Source of the DNA: Candidatus Micrarchaeia archaeon | Lineage (GTDB): Archaea; Micrarchaeota; Micrarchaeia; Micrarchaeales; CABMGC01 | Assembly: GCA_049966395.1 (NCBI GenBank) | Contig: JBMFUT010000003.1 | Span: 1-51,157 of the forward strand | Reading direction: 5' to 3' | Length of the DNA stretch: 51,157 nt | Notes under the pieces: generated by a model | What the model was told of the DNA's origin: nothing | The model's database searches: none | The model's input: only the letters and a program-made list of their open reading frames with translations | Part shown: positions 9,283-18,740 of the stretch, piece after piece | How the letters are laid out: every line of letters starts with the position of its first letter | Position numbering within the stretch: the first letter of the stretch is position 1 | Made by a program: the position numbers and the translations under genes

Positions 9283-9465
9283 TCAGATAACTCCTTTGAT
9301 TTTAAGTATGGCATCGGCGAGCCCATGGGCATAGGATATGCTAGAAAATGCCGTATAATAGTCCTCCTTTTGAAGCCATGAGTCCGCGTCGCTGGCATAC
9401 ATTTTCGCCAATTCTATGACTTGCGATTCCTCATTGCTAAGCGCAACGCTTGAGAGTTTAGCCAT
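9283..9465 (-). CDS. Small helical protein resembling DUF357
   Basis: 60 aa. The pattern YASDADSWLQKEDYYTAFSSISYAHGLADAILK resembles the Y..DA..f...gDy..Al...sYA.G.lDa signature I recall for archaeal DUF357. It sits immediately upstream of trm1. Confidence 0.45.
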   Translation of the reverse strand: MAKLSSVALSNEESQVIELAKMYASDADSWLQKEDYYTAFSSISYAHGLADAILKIKGVI

Positions 9466-9570
9466 AGTATCTGAAAATTTGGCTATGTCCTTGGCTATTC
9501 TGTCGCGTATCTCTGCTATATTACCACCACATTTGACATTCGCATTTGCGCCTTTTATAGCTTTTGCAGG

Positions 9571-10584
9571 CTAGTGTATTATTGTCTGGTTGCATCCTGG
9601 AGGAGTTGCAAACTCGCCGCTCAAGATCAGTTTAAGATAGCCTAAAATTGGAACGCGAGCAACGTTATATCCAACTATACTGCCTTCTCCTGGAGGGTAA
9701 TTTGCGAATTCTATGTCGAGGGCAGGATTGTTGTCCCCCTTTGTAAGCATGTAGTAGCTGCCGTTTACATCTATTGCTGCATAAAGCCGGTGTATTATGT
9801 CTCCGCTAAACGAATCACTGCTTGTCGTCCTGTATACCAGAATAGGATTGTTATAGTTTTCATATATCGTCTCGTTGTTTACGGTTATGCTTGAGGTATA
9901 TACTATGTTCACTATGCGCCCGCCAATGAACATCTTCCCTATGCCATAGTTGTACTTTATAATGTTGCCAGACTGGCTTGCCACATAGCACTTGTAGTAA
10001 TTGTTCGGCTGCCCCATGTAAGAGTAAGTCGATAGGCATTTAGTATTGTAGAGGCCTATTTGGTAATTGCTGCTTGGAAGTATGTCGCTAATGTACGATT
10101 TGTTGCCATCAGCATATGCATAATAGGCAAGGAATTCTTTGTCTATGTTATTTTCAAAATAGTAAAATTCCTGTCTTGTCATATTTATAACTGGCACATG
10201 GTTAGAATCGACGAATTGCGTAAAATTAGTAATTCCAGAAAGGAGAACGAGATCGCCGCGCTGAAGTGTTGGAAGCATGCTGCAGCTTGCAACCGCATCT
10301 ATAGGAGAATAAGTGTGCATTGCAAGTACTAGGACTACCCATAGTACGAGCGCCGCGGCAATCGCAACGGCTATATCGACAACTGTCTTCCTTGCCCCTT
10401 CCGCCTTGACGCTTGTCTTTGCTTCGACAATGAGTATTGCTATGATTGCCATGAAGGACAGTATACCAAGAGCGATGCTCCCTGTTCTGGCGTAAAGCAG
10501 CACAAGTATCAGGAATAGGATGTAGTATGGCCATACTATGGCGCCTTTAGCCTTTTTCGCCCTTGCCTGTTTTCCTCTTTTCAA
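9571..10584 (-). CDS. Signal peptidase I (archaeal/ER S26B type) with a large insertion
   Basis: N-terminal TM segments, Ser box SCSMLPTLQRGDLVLL, His box GDIIHRLYA and box E LTKGDNNPALD. About 170 Y/N-rich residues lie between the Ser and His boxes. Confidence 0.75.
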   Translation of the reverse strand: MKRGKQARAKKAKGAIVWPYYILFLILVLLYARTGSIALGILSFMAIIAILIVEAKTSVKAEGARKTVVDIAVAIAAALVLWVVLVLAMHTYSPIDAVASCSMLPTLQRGDLVLLSGITNFTQFVDSNHVPVINMTRQEFYYFENNIDKEFLAYYAYADGNKSYISDILPSSNYQIGLYNTKCLSTYSYMGQPNNYYKCYVASQSGNIIKYNYGIGKMFIGGRIVNIVYTSSITVNNETIYENYNNPILVYRTTSSDSFSGDIIHRLYAAIDVNGSYYMLTKGDNNPALDIEFANYPPGEGSIVGYNVARVPILGYLKLILSGEFATPPGCNQTIIH

Positions 10585-10592
10585 AAATACAC

Positions 10593-13500
10593 CTATTGTT
10601 TGCCATTGCCTAAGATCTTTGATATTTCTATACCGAATGCTTTTGATTCGCCATTTATCTTCGTAACTCCTATTGCGGCATCGGCATTGGATATGAGCGA
10701 ATCGTTGTGGCTTACCAGTATGAATTGCAGATCCTTGCTCAGCTCCTTCACCAGCTGTGAGAGCTTTTTGGAGTTCTCCTTGTCCAGCGCGTAATCGACT
10801 TCGTCGAATATATATAAAGAATAAGGTTTAAACATGTGTATGGCGAATATGAGCATGAGCATTATCAGGCTCTTCTCGCCGCCTGACAGGCCTTCCATCC
10901 TCTTGATGTTTTTGCCCTCGCTTATTTTCATGTAAAGGCCGCTGCTGAATGGATCCTTTGGATTATCAAGTTCTATCTCTGCAGTGCCAGGGAATATGTA
11001 ATTGTAAAGTTTTGAGAAATGTCTGTTTATTCCGTTGAAAGTTTCCGTGAATATCTTGAGTTTTTTGGATTCCACTTCGTCTATCATCTTCAAGACTGCC
11101 TGGCGCTCTGAATCCAGTGTCTTCAGCTTTTCCGACGCCTCGTCTACATATCTCTTTTTTTCTGCATAAATTTCAGGAGCCTTGAGATTCACGTTGCCAA
11201 GCTCGGTTATCATCGCGCTGGTCACGTCGGCTTCCTTCTGCATTTCAGCTGCACTCTTTTCGATTGGCGTCATGCTTTCAGTATACGCCATCATTTCGGC
11301 CTTGATGTCGTTCAGCCTTATCTCTGCCTGACTGCTCTTAAGCGCAAGGTCGTTTATCTTTCTCCCATTTTCTTCAAGTTTGGCGCTGGCAGAACCTCTC
11401 GCAGAGCTCAGCTTGGCGATCTCTGAATTTATGGCATTGAGCTTCTCATAGGCGTCCTTGTTTGCATCGCTACTTTCGTTTATCTTGGCTACTAGCTCTG
11501 CCTTGGACTTTTCAAGCAGGATTCGTCTTTCTGACTTTTCTGAAAGCATTTTCTTTGCCGCAGCTTCGGCTTCTGCCTCAGATGCCACCCTGTCCTTTAG
11601 TGCACCAATGCTCTCGCTGAGCATCTGAATTTCTTTTTCCATACCGGCAACTCTCATCTTCAGCGAAACAAGGTCATCCCTTGCCTTTTCGACTTTCTGA
11701 AGTTCCTCCTTAGTGGCGGAGCGCCGGGAAGAAACGCCAGGCGAAACGGAATAGCCTGCATACAACTTCGTATGCTCTTCCTTGAGCGCTGACAATTCTG
11801 CATTTGCTTTGCCAAGCCTCTCGTTAATTGCGGCAATCTCGGCGTTGATTGATGAAATGGCCTTTTCCGAATCTGAAATTTTCTTGCTGTAGGAGTCGCG
11901 CCTGGCTTTTTGATCGCCGCTCATTGATTTCAGGTATTCAAGCTCTGCCTTGCTCGAATTTATAGAAAGCTCTATTGCAGCCGCGTCTTTCCTTGCGCCA
12001 AACAGGCGGCTGCTGGCTTCTTCAAGCGCCTTCCTTGACTTTTCAATCTCGCTTGATGCTGCGCTTATCTTGCTTTCGATTGAAGACAGGGAGCGCCTTG
12101 CCTTCGAAAATCCTCCTGAAAGCACCCCCGATTGTTCTACTATGTCTCCGTCAAGGGTCACATATCTGCGCCTGCCTATCCCAAATTTTTGCGCATCTTC
12201 TATGCTTCCAACAAGGTAGGTATTGCTAAATATGTACCTGAATGCCTTCTCGAACTTGCTTTCGAATTTGACTAGGCTTATCGCCTTCTGCATCTTGCTG
12301 TCGTTTTCTTCCTGAGCCACCTTCAAATCTTCCAGAGGAATGAATGTTGCGCGGCCGAGTTTCTCGGATTTCATGTATGCTATTATCTTGTCCGCAGTCT
12401 TGATTGAATCTACAACAAGGTAATCCATTCTGCTCCCTGCGGCTGCCTCTACAGCCAGCGAATACTGGTCGTCATAAGAGCACAGCTGTGATGCCTTTCC
12501 GTAGAATCCGTCCTTCTCGCTGAATTTTGCCTTGAGCTTTTCTGCTATGCCGCTTTCCTTCTGGTAGTATATCGCGCGCTGTTCTTTAAGTTCTATGAGC
12601 GCCTGCTCGTTGTTCCTTATTTTCAACTGCAGTTCTTCCACCTCCTTTTCCAGTGACTTGACCGAAGCTGCAGCTTGAGCGCGCCTTTTTTCCATTTCCG
12701 CAACCTTTGCCTCGCTCTCGCTGATCTTCGCAACGCTTGCCTCGTATTGCTTCTCCAATTCTGAAAGGTCTTCCTTGTAAGACTCCTTTCTAGACAGCTC
12801 TCCCTGAAGCGCAGTTTGCTTTGTTGCAAGCTCTGAGGTTATAGATTTCATGCTCGCCTCCATTTTTTCTATTGCCTTGTACAACTCTGCGCTTCTTGCC
12901 AAAAGCCCGTCCTGACCAGATTGCACAAGATCCTTGCTTTCGTTTATCATCTTTTCTATGGGTGCCATTTCTGATTCAAGCCTTTCTATTTCCTTCTTGT
13001 TAGAAGCTATTTTTGCTTCTGCCGCCATTATGTCGCTCTTAGCCTTCTTTTCAGCCTCGGCGTGGTTGCTTGCCTCGCTTTGCAGTGTTGATATCTGCAC
13101 TTCTATAGTAGAAAGCTCGTTGTTTATCACTTCTAGTCGCTTGTTTATCGCGCTGACCGACACGCTGCTCTCGCTGAGGTCTTTAGTAAGCTTGCTCGCC
13201 TCCGCCCCAAGCTCGTCTATCTTAGCTGAATAATTGGCTATTTCATCCTGTATTTTCTGCTTCTCGGCATTTGCTGCAGAGAGAGCGTTAGAATATTCTT
13301 CAAGGCTCTTGCCGAGCTCTACGCTTCTGGCATAGAGTATGCTGTAGTTTAGCAACTTGAGCCTTTTGCTAAGGTTGATGAACTTCTCTGCTGCCTCCTT
13401 CTCCTTTTCCAATTCCTTCAGGAATCCTATTCTCTCGTTTAGCATTATCTGGGCTTCGCCTATCTTAGCATTCACTTTGTCGAGCTCTTTCAACGCTTCG

Positions 13501-14003
13501 TTCTTTTTGTCCTCGAATTCCTTTATTCCTGCAGCTATCTCTATGAGTTCGCGGCGCTCCTTTGGGTTGAGCTCCAGCATCCTGCTTATCTCCCCTTGCG
13601 TTATTGTGTTTGTTTCGTTCGCGTTTATTTTGTGCTTCCTCAGAATTTCGATTACCTCCTGCCTTGACATGTGTTTCCCGTTGACCCTGAAAGCGCTCTT
13701 TCCGTCGCTGCGCGCTATCCTCTGTATCTCGAGCTTTTCGTCCCCATCGAGCTCAAGCCTCACATGCGCCTTCTGTAGCAAGCCCTCCTTTGCGCTACTG
13801 GTCGTGTTTATTAGTGATTCTAATTTGTCTACCCTAAGCCTATGAAGGGATGTTTCTCCCAAGCCGAAAAGCAGCGCGTCGCAGATATTGCTCTTTCCGC
13901 TCCCGTTTGGTCCTATTATGCAGGTGAATCCCTTGCTGAAAAGAAGTGATGCTTGCCTGAAAGACTTAAACTTGCTTATAGATAGGCTTTTCACATATAG
14001 CAT
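10593..14003 (-). CDS. smc: Chromosome segregation protein SMC
   Basis: 1136 aa. N-terminal Walker A GPNGSGKSN, a long coiled coil with a central hinge (GFYGKASQL...VVDS), signature LSGGEKSL and Walker B YIFDEVDYALD. Confidence 0.95.
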   Translation of the reverse strand: MLYVKSLSISKFKSFRQASLLFSKGFTCIIGPNGSGKSNICDALLFGLGETSLHRLRVDKLESLINTTSSAKEGLLQKAHVRLELDGDEKLEIQRIARSDGKSAFRVNGKHMSRQEVIEILRKHKINANETNTITQGEISRMLELNPKERRELIEIAAGIKEFEDKKNEALKELDKVNAKIGEAQIMLNERIGFLKELEKEKEAAEKFINLSKRLKLLNYSILYARSVELGKSLEEYSNALSAANAEKQKIQDEIANYSAKIDELGAEASKLTKDLSESSVSVSAINKRLEVINNELSTIEVQISTLQSEASNHAEAEKKAKSDIMAAEAKIASNKKEIERLESEMAPIEKMINESKDLVQSGQDGLLARSAELYKAIEKMEASMKSITSELATKQTALQGELSRKESYKEDLSELEKQYEASVAKISESEAKVAEMEKRRAQAAASVKSLEKEVEELQLKIRNNEQALIELKEQRAIYYQKESGIAEKLKAKFSEKDGFYGKASQLCSYDDQYSLAVEAAAGSRMDYLVVDSIKTADKIIAYMKSEKLGRATFIPLEDLKVAQEENDSKMQKAISLVKFESKFEKAFRYIFSNTYLVGSIEDAQKFGIGRRRYVTLDGDIVEQSGVLSGGFSKARRSLSSIESKISAASSEIEKSRKALEEASSRLFGARKDAAAIELSINSSKAELEYLKSMSGDQKARRDSYSKKISDSEKAISSINAEIAAINERLGKANAELSALKEEHTKLYAGYSVSPGVSSRRSATKEELQKVEKARDDLVSLKMRVAGMEKEIQMLSESIGALKDRVASEAEAEAAAKKMLSEKSERRILLEKSKAELVAKINESSDANKDAYEKLNAINSEIAKLSSARGSASAKLEENGRKINDLALKSSQAEIRLNDIKAEMMAYTESMTPIEKSAAEMQKEADVTSAMITELGNVNLKAPEIYAEKKRYVDEASEKLKTLDSERQAVLKMIDEVESKKLKIFTETFNGINRHFSKLYNYIFPGTAEIELDNPKDPFSSGLYMKISEGKNIKRMEGLSGGEKSLIMLMLIFAIHMFKPYSLYIFDEVDYALDKENSKKLSQLVKELSKDLQFILVSHNDSLISNADAAIGVTKINGESKAFGIEISKILGNGKQ

Positions 14004-14088
14004 CGATACACCGGCTGGTCGCAGGGCGGTTTCTGTTCGTTTATTATTCTAATGAAAAATTATAAATAGCTGCCATTTGCCTGAATGC

Positions 14089-15171
14089 TCAGCTTTTTGA
14101 CGTCTTGTAGCCGCGCCTTTCATACATGCTTGCCAAATGGAGGGTAATGAACGCCTGCAATTGCGAGCTCGTCACTATTCCTGCAAGTCTGCCGTTTTGC
14201 ACTACTGCCATTATGCCGGACTCTGTGGATTCCATTCTCGAAAGCGCGTCTGCAACCCCCGCTTTCGCGCTTACTTTTGGTATAATCCGGGCAATGTCGC
14301 GCACATAGACGGCGTCTTTCATTTTTTCCTTCTTGAATATGTCTACAATTGCGAAATCGTTGCCTATCTTGGTGACCATTATATGCTCGCCATACTTCTT
14401 AAGCATTTTGTAAAGATAGCTTATCTTCCTGTCTGGGCTTACGAAGACAAAGCTTCTGCTCTTAGCATCGCCGACGTAAAGACCTTTGGTGTCTCTTTTG
14501 ATTATGGCGTTCTCTTTCTCTGCCTGGACGCCGCCATACAGGAACATTACTATTATCAGGTCCCATATGGACATGAATTCTCTGTAAGAAACTGAATATC
14601 CTGTAGCAAAGAGGGCAAAGCCGACAGTTCCTATTACTATTGCCGCCATTATGTATTCGCTTGCCTTTATTGTTATCATTGTTGCATCAAAGAAATTGTG
14701 CCGCTTCTGAAGATAGCTCCTGAAGACTCTGCCTCCGTCCATCGGGAATACCGGAAGCAGGTTGAATACCCCAAGCAGTATGTTTATCTCAAACAGGAAT
14801 TGGAGCACCTGCGTAATTATTCCAGGAGGGGAAAAGATCACGGCAATACCAGAGATCCCTCCAAGGAAAAGACTCATTATGGGGCCCACTATAGCAATGT
14901 TGAATTCTACCTTTGGGTTTATGTCTACGCTGTCTATTATTGACGCGCCGCCTATTGGCAACAGCATTATTTTCTTTACCTTTATGCCGTTGCGGATTGA
15001 AGTTATCGAGTGGGCAAGTTCATGTACAAGGACGCATATGAAAAGGAGTATTATTAGCAGAGAGAGATATAGGCTTATCAGTAGCACGAAAAGCACGAGC
15101 AGGATGAATGTCCAGTGCAAAGAGATTTCTATGCCGAAAAGCCTGCCTATAGGTACATCGCCTGCCATCAA
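14089..15171 (-). CDS. M50 site-2 protease with C-terminal CBS pair
   Basis: HELAHS zinc motif within TM helices, NLLPVFPMDGGRV, and a C-terminal tandem CBS-like region. Confidence 0.85.
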   Translation of the reverse strand: MMAGDVPIGRLFGIEISLHWTFILLVLFVLLISLYLSLLIILLFICVLVHELAHSITSIRNGIKVKKIMLLPIGGASIIDSVDINPKVEFNIAIVGPIMSLFLGGISGIAVIFSPPGIITQVLQFLFEINILLGVFNLLPVFPMDGGRVFRSYLQKRHNFFDATMITIKASEYIMAAIVIGTVGFALFATGYSVSYREFMSIWDLIIVMFLYGGVQAEKENAIIKRDTKGLYVGDAKSRSFVFVSPDRKISYLYKMLKKYGEHIMVTKIGNDFAIVDIFKKEKMKDAVYVRDIARIIPKVSAKAGVADALSRMESTESGIMAVVQNGRLAGIVTSSQLQAFITLHLASMYERRGYKTSKS

Positions 15172-15278
15172 ATCTACTCTTAAAAATATGAAAGCAAATT
15201 ATAAATAGTATAGCAGCATTTATATCACTGCCAACGCTTTCTGCTGGCGCGTGTGATATAGTGAAAGGCGTGCTGTTC

Positions 15279-16004
15279 ATGAACGGCTATCCTGCCCTGC
15301 TTGTCGTCAAGGAGCGCGCGCTTGTTGTTGGGGATTTGCATATAGGGATAGAGAGCAAGCTTGAGGAAGAGGGTGTGAGCATTGAAAACGCAGCGGACAG
15401 AATGGCCGAAAGACTTCTGCAGCTATATGATAAGGCTAAAGCCAAGAGTATAATCCTGCTGGGCGACGTAAAGGACAGCATATCCTTTCCCACAGGAGAT
15501 GAGTATGAGAGTATCAGGAGGTTCTTCATGCGCATTGGAGGCATTGAAATAAGGATAGCCAGGGGGAATCACGATGCGCACATGGAAAGAATTGCGAAAA
15601 GCGCCGGCTTAAGTTTTACATTGGAGAATGAGGTGCTGCTTGCTGACGCGGCGCTCTTGCACGGCAACGCGTGGCCCAGCGAAGCCGCCATGTCAAAAGA
15701 TTACTTGATAACCGCGCATTCCCATTTTGCAATAGAGCATGATGGGTATCTGCAAAAGGCTTGGCTGGTGGCGAAAGTGTCAGATGCGGCAGCAAGCAAA
15801 TACACCAAATTCAACAAATTGGCGAAGCTTGTTGTGATGCCGGCATTCAATGACCTCATACTTGGAAGCAGGATATCGGAAAGAACAAAGGACTACTCAC
15901 CGCTTCTCAAGCACGGGATATTTGACTGGAAAAGCGCAAAGATATACACAATTGATGGGGTGCTTGTGGGCAGCGCGGAATCGGCCTCGCGCGCTGCCAA
16001 GTAG
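15279..16004 (+). CDS. Calcineurin-like metallophosphoesterase (COG1407-like ICC phosphoesterase)
   Basis: Motifs GDLHIG, LLGDVKD, GNHD and the spacing of HSHF. ATG 15279 is preferred over GTG 15261. Confidence 0.75.
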   Translation: MNGYPALLVVKERALVVGDLHIGIESKLEEEGVSIENAADRMAERLLQLYDKAKAKSIILLGDVKDSISFPTGDEYESIRRFFMRIGGIEIRIARGNHDAHMERIAKSAGLSFTLENEVLLADAALLHGNAWPSEAAMSKDYLITAHSHFAIEHDGYLQKAWLVAKVSDAAASKYTKFNKLAKLVVMPAFNDLILGSRISERTKDYSPLLKHGIFDWKSAKIYTIDGVLVGSAESASRAAK

Positions 16005-16013
16005 CTTGTATAG

Positions 16014-17618
16014 TCACTTCTTTCCCTGCTTTGACTTTTTCCTGCGCATTGCAACCGCAACAATTGCTATAACGACTATTATCAAAAGGGTTATGCCTTC
16101 ATAAGTTGCATTGCTCCCTCCGGTGCTGCCGATTATGCTTATGTAGTAGTTATTCGAGCCGGCGTATTCCTGGTTAGGCATGCCATTAGGTTGCTTCCAT
16201 TGCTCAAAAAGAGTTATAGGATAATTGCTTGGCACTGCACTTGAATCTATAGAAACCAGGAATGTTACGTTGGTCTCCTGTCCGGGCAATAGCTCGGAAA
16301 TATATGCGTTGCCGTTTACCGGAGTAACAGGGAATATGCCTTGGAGGGTTACAGATATCCCTTCAGCCGCTATGTCCCCCGTGTTCTTTATAGTGTAAGT
16401 TACTGGGACATTTGTGTCTCCCGGTTTCAGGCTTGATTGTATGCCAACAACCTGGAATTGCGCGGTTGGAGCGACGTTGAGGTTTATCTCTGAGCTTTTG
16501 CTATAGCTGTTCTGGTAGTCCCCAGAAAGGTAGCCGATGCTTGCAAGAATGGTGGCTGTGTTCGGATTGCTTGTAGACACAAGTACTGTCTCTGGCACGC
16601 TCTCGCCTGGAATTATAGAGCTTATAAAGAAGCGGTTTACCGAACTTTCGATTGTTGTTCCATTCAGCGCCGAAAGAGATACCGAGACATTTTTTGCTGT
16701 TCCAGTACCTATGTTCTCAACAAGAAGTTCTAGGCTTTGGTTGTATCCCTGGTATAGCTGCTGCGGCAGCGCCGCAGAAGGGACGACCACTATATCTGGC
16801 TGGTTTATCACGACACTTATTGGCAGCATGAAGGTGCTGTTGTACCTCGTGCCAGAACTTGAAGTATAGCCCACAACTACAGGGATGTCGTAGGTTCCAG
16901 GTGGAAGAAGCTGCGATGCGTAATATGAGACGGCAGCCTGGGCGCTCGCACCTCCAGGCAGTTTTCCTATCACAAATTTGCTGCTTCCTTCAAGGGCAAA
17001 ATTGCTAGTGCTTTGAAAATTGATCGAAAGATTCTTTGCCTCGCCCCCACCGGTGTTCTGTATCGCAAGGGCCAAAGAAAATGGAGAGCCCGGGATTACC
17101 TCGCCTTCGGAAGTGGCCGTAACGCTTACATTAGGAATCCCCTGGACGTAAACTGATATAGGCATCACCGATTCGCCCATGACGCTTTGCGAATAGCTTG
17201 AAAGGCCGCTTTGGGTGGTTGATGTGGTTTGGTATGTAGCCACCAAGTCTAGAGTATAGACTCCGGTAGGTGCATCGCTTGGAACTCTTAAGTTGTAAGT
17301 CATGTAAGATCCAACTCCCCCATACAAGCCCTGCCCCATAGAACTTACAAGATATGAATTGCTTGGAGAGAAGTTGAGCAGAGGATATGATCCTTCTAGC
17401 TCAAGGTTGACGTTCTGCAAAGGATAATTGTAGTTGTTGTACAGTTGCAGGGTAATTGTGACGTTTTCCCCAGCAACGATCGGATTTGGAGATATGTTCA
17501 GGTTTGCTATCGACAATGCGCCGGAAGATGATGGCGCCGCTTGGGCAATCGCCAACCCTACTGGCAGCATCATCCAAAGCAGTATCGTGGATATTGCAAA
17601 TTTGTATGTTGCATTCAT
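16014..17618 (-). CDS. Secreted CARDB/COG1361-like (S-layer-domain-like) repeat surface protein with C-terminal TM anchor
   Basis: Signal peptide MNATYKFAISTILLWMMLPVGLAIAQA. Repeated ~100-aa beta-rich modules (e.g. GENVTITLQLYNNYNYPLQNVNLELEG; GSPFSLALAIQNTGGGEAKNLSINFQ; LELLVENIGTGTAKNVSVSL; VPVTYTIKNTGDIAAEGISVTLQG). The C-terminus is ITLLIIVVIAIVAVAMRRKKSKQGKK. Confidence 0.7.
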   Translation of the reverse strand: MNATYKFAISTILLWMMLPVGLAIAQAAPSSSGALSIANLNISPNPIVAGENVTITLQLYNNYNYPLQNVNLELEGSYPLLNFSPSNSYLVSSMGQGLYGGVGSYMTYNLRVPSDAPTGVYTLDLVATYQTTSTTQSGLSSYSQSVMGESVMPISVYVQGIPNVSVTATSEGEVIPGSPFSLALAIQNTGGGEAKNLSINFQSTSNFALEGSSKFVIGKLPGGASAQAAVSYYASQLLPPGTYDIPVVVGYTSSSGTRYNSTFMLPISVVINQPDIVVVPSAALPQQLYQGYNQSLELLVENIGTGTAKNVSVSLSALNGTTIESSVNRFFISSIIPGESVPETVLVSTSNPNTATILASIGYLSGDYQNSYSKSSEINLNVAPTAQFQVVGIQSSLKPGDTNVPVTYTIKNTGDIAAEGISVTLQGIFPVTPVNGNAYISELLPGQETNVTFLVSIDSSAVPSNYPITLFEQWKQPNGMPNQEYAGSNNYYISIIGSTGGSNATYEGITLLIIVVIAIVAVAMRRKKSKQGKK

Positions 17619-17626
17619 CTTTACAC

Positions 17627-18739
17627 CTATTCTATTGTAGTCTTAAACATCAGAAGGCTAAGCGCGAGCATCGTTCCAGAGAACAGAAGCAGCGCACCCA
17701 GATCCAAAACCATGGAGGAAATTGGGTAATAGCCAAGTATCATCACGTATCTTATGCCCTGAACAGCGTATGTCATGGGATCGTAAACGCTTATGATCTG
17801 AAGCCAATTTGGAAAGTTGGACGCGGGGAAAAACGCACCAGAAAGAAACCAAAGTGGAAGCGAAATCATGTTCGCAAATATCGCATAAACTTCGACCCGC
17901 TTTATGCGTGAGGCAAGCAGTGTGGTTGCGCCGCTGAAGCCAAGAGAAACCAATCCTGCCAGCAATAGAATCCATAGGTAGCCTATTGCCCCCATGGCCA
18001 CGCCTGCGCCATCAAGTAGGCCAACCACAAGCGCAAGCATGCCGTATATCACAGCTTGCACTGTGCCAGAAAGTATCTTGCTCAGAAGTATAGAGAGCTT
18101 GTTTATTGGCGTTATCAGAAAGGCCTTAAGGTTTCCAAGCTGCCTGTCCATTATTGAAGTCATCCCTCCCCCGAAAATTGCACCGAAAGCTGCTACCATG
18201 ATTATTATACCTGCTACAATGAAATCCTTGTAGCTGCTCTTTCCTCCGAACGCGGCGCTAGCACTGAAACTCTGCGGCTGCGCCGCAGCGCTTCGGACTT
18301 GCGCGGCTGAAGCGCCGAACTTGTCGGCCAAGGATTCTATCACGCTAATAGATGAAACTTCGGTGAAAGAAGATGCTGAATAGTATATGTATATTCCTGG
18401 GGAACCGTTTGAAGACGTGGGAAATGTTGGGTTTATCACTACCAGCATAGATATCGTACCATCCTTAAGCATCGACATGCCGTTTGCCTCGTTCGTTATC
18501 CCTTCTACGCTGAAGGTGCTGGTGCTTTCAAGCGAATTTATAAATGATATAGATTGTGGATTGCCAGCATTGTTGACTATTGCTATTTGCACCCCTTTGA
18601 TTGAATTTCCAAGATTTCCAAAGAAAAGTATCAGTATCACAGGAAAAAGTATTGATCTTATTATGTTAGTCCTAAGGTTGCTCCTGAATATGAGCATTTC
18701 CCTCTTGAAAAGAGTATAAGTGTCCCCAGCTACGCTCAT
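17627..18739 (-). CDS. ABC-2 type transporter permease
   Basis: 370 aa. One N-terminal TM, a large extracytoplasmic loop and then 5 TM helices, which is the typical ABC-2 topology. Separated by 1 nt from the ATPase gene. Confidence 0.8.
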   Translation of the reverse strand: MSVAGDTYTLFKREMLIFRSNLRTNIIRSILFPVILILFFGNLGNSIKGVQIAIVNNAGNPQSISFINSLESTSTFSVEGITNEANGMSMLKDGTISMLVVINPTFPTSSNGSPGIYIYYSASSFTEVSSISVIESLADKFGASAAQVRSAAAQPQSFSASAAFGGKSSYKDFIVAGIIIMVAAFGAIFGGGMTSIMDRQLGNLKAFLITPINKLSILLSKILSGTVQAVIYGMLALVVGLLDGAGVAMGAIGYLWILLLAGLVSLGFSGATTLLASRIKRVEVYAIFANMISLPLWFLSGAFFPASNFPNWLQIISVYDPMTYAVQGIRYVMILGYYPISSMVLDLGALLLFSGTMLALSLLMFKTTIE

Positions 18740-18740
18740 T

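Noticed and set aside
9571-9573. Possibility of stop-codon reassignment (TAG or TAA read as sense), suggested by coding-looking sequence after in-frame stops at 9571-9573 and 47935-47937.
   Set aside because: All long conserved genes in the window terminate and remain intact under the standard code, with TAA, TAG and TGA all used as terminal stops. Two local cases are better explained by start-codon issues.
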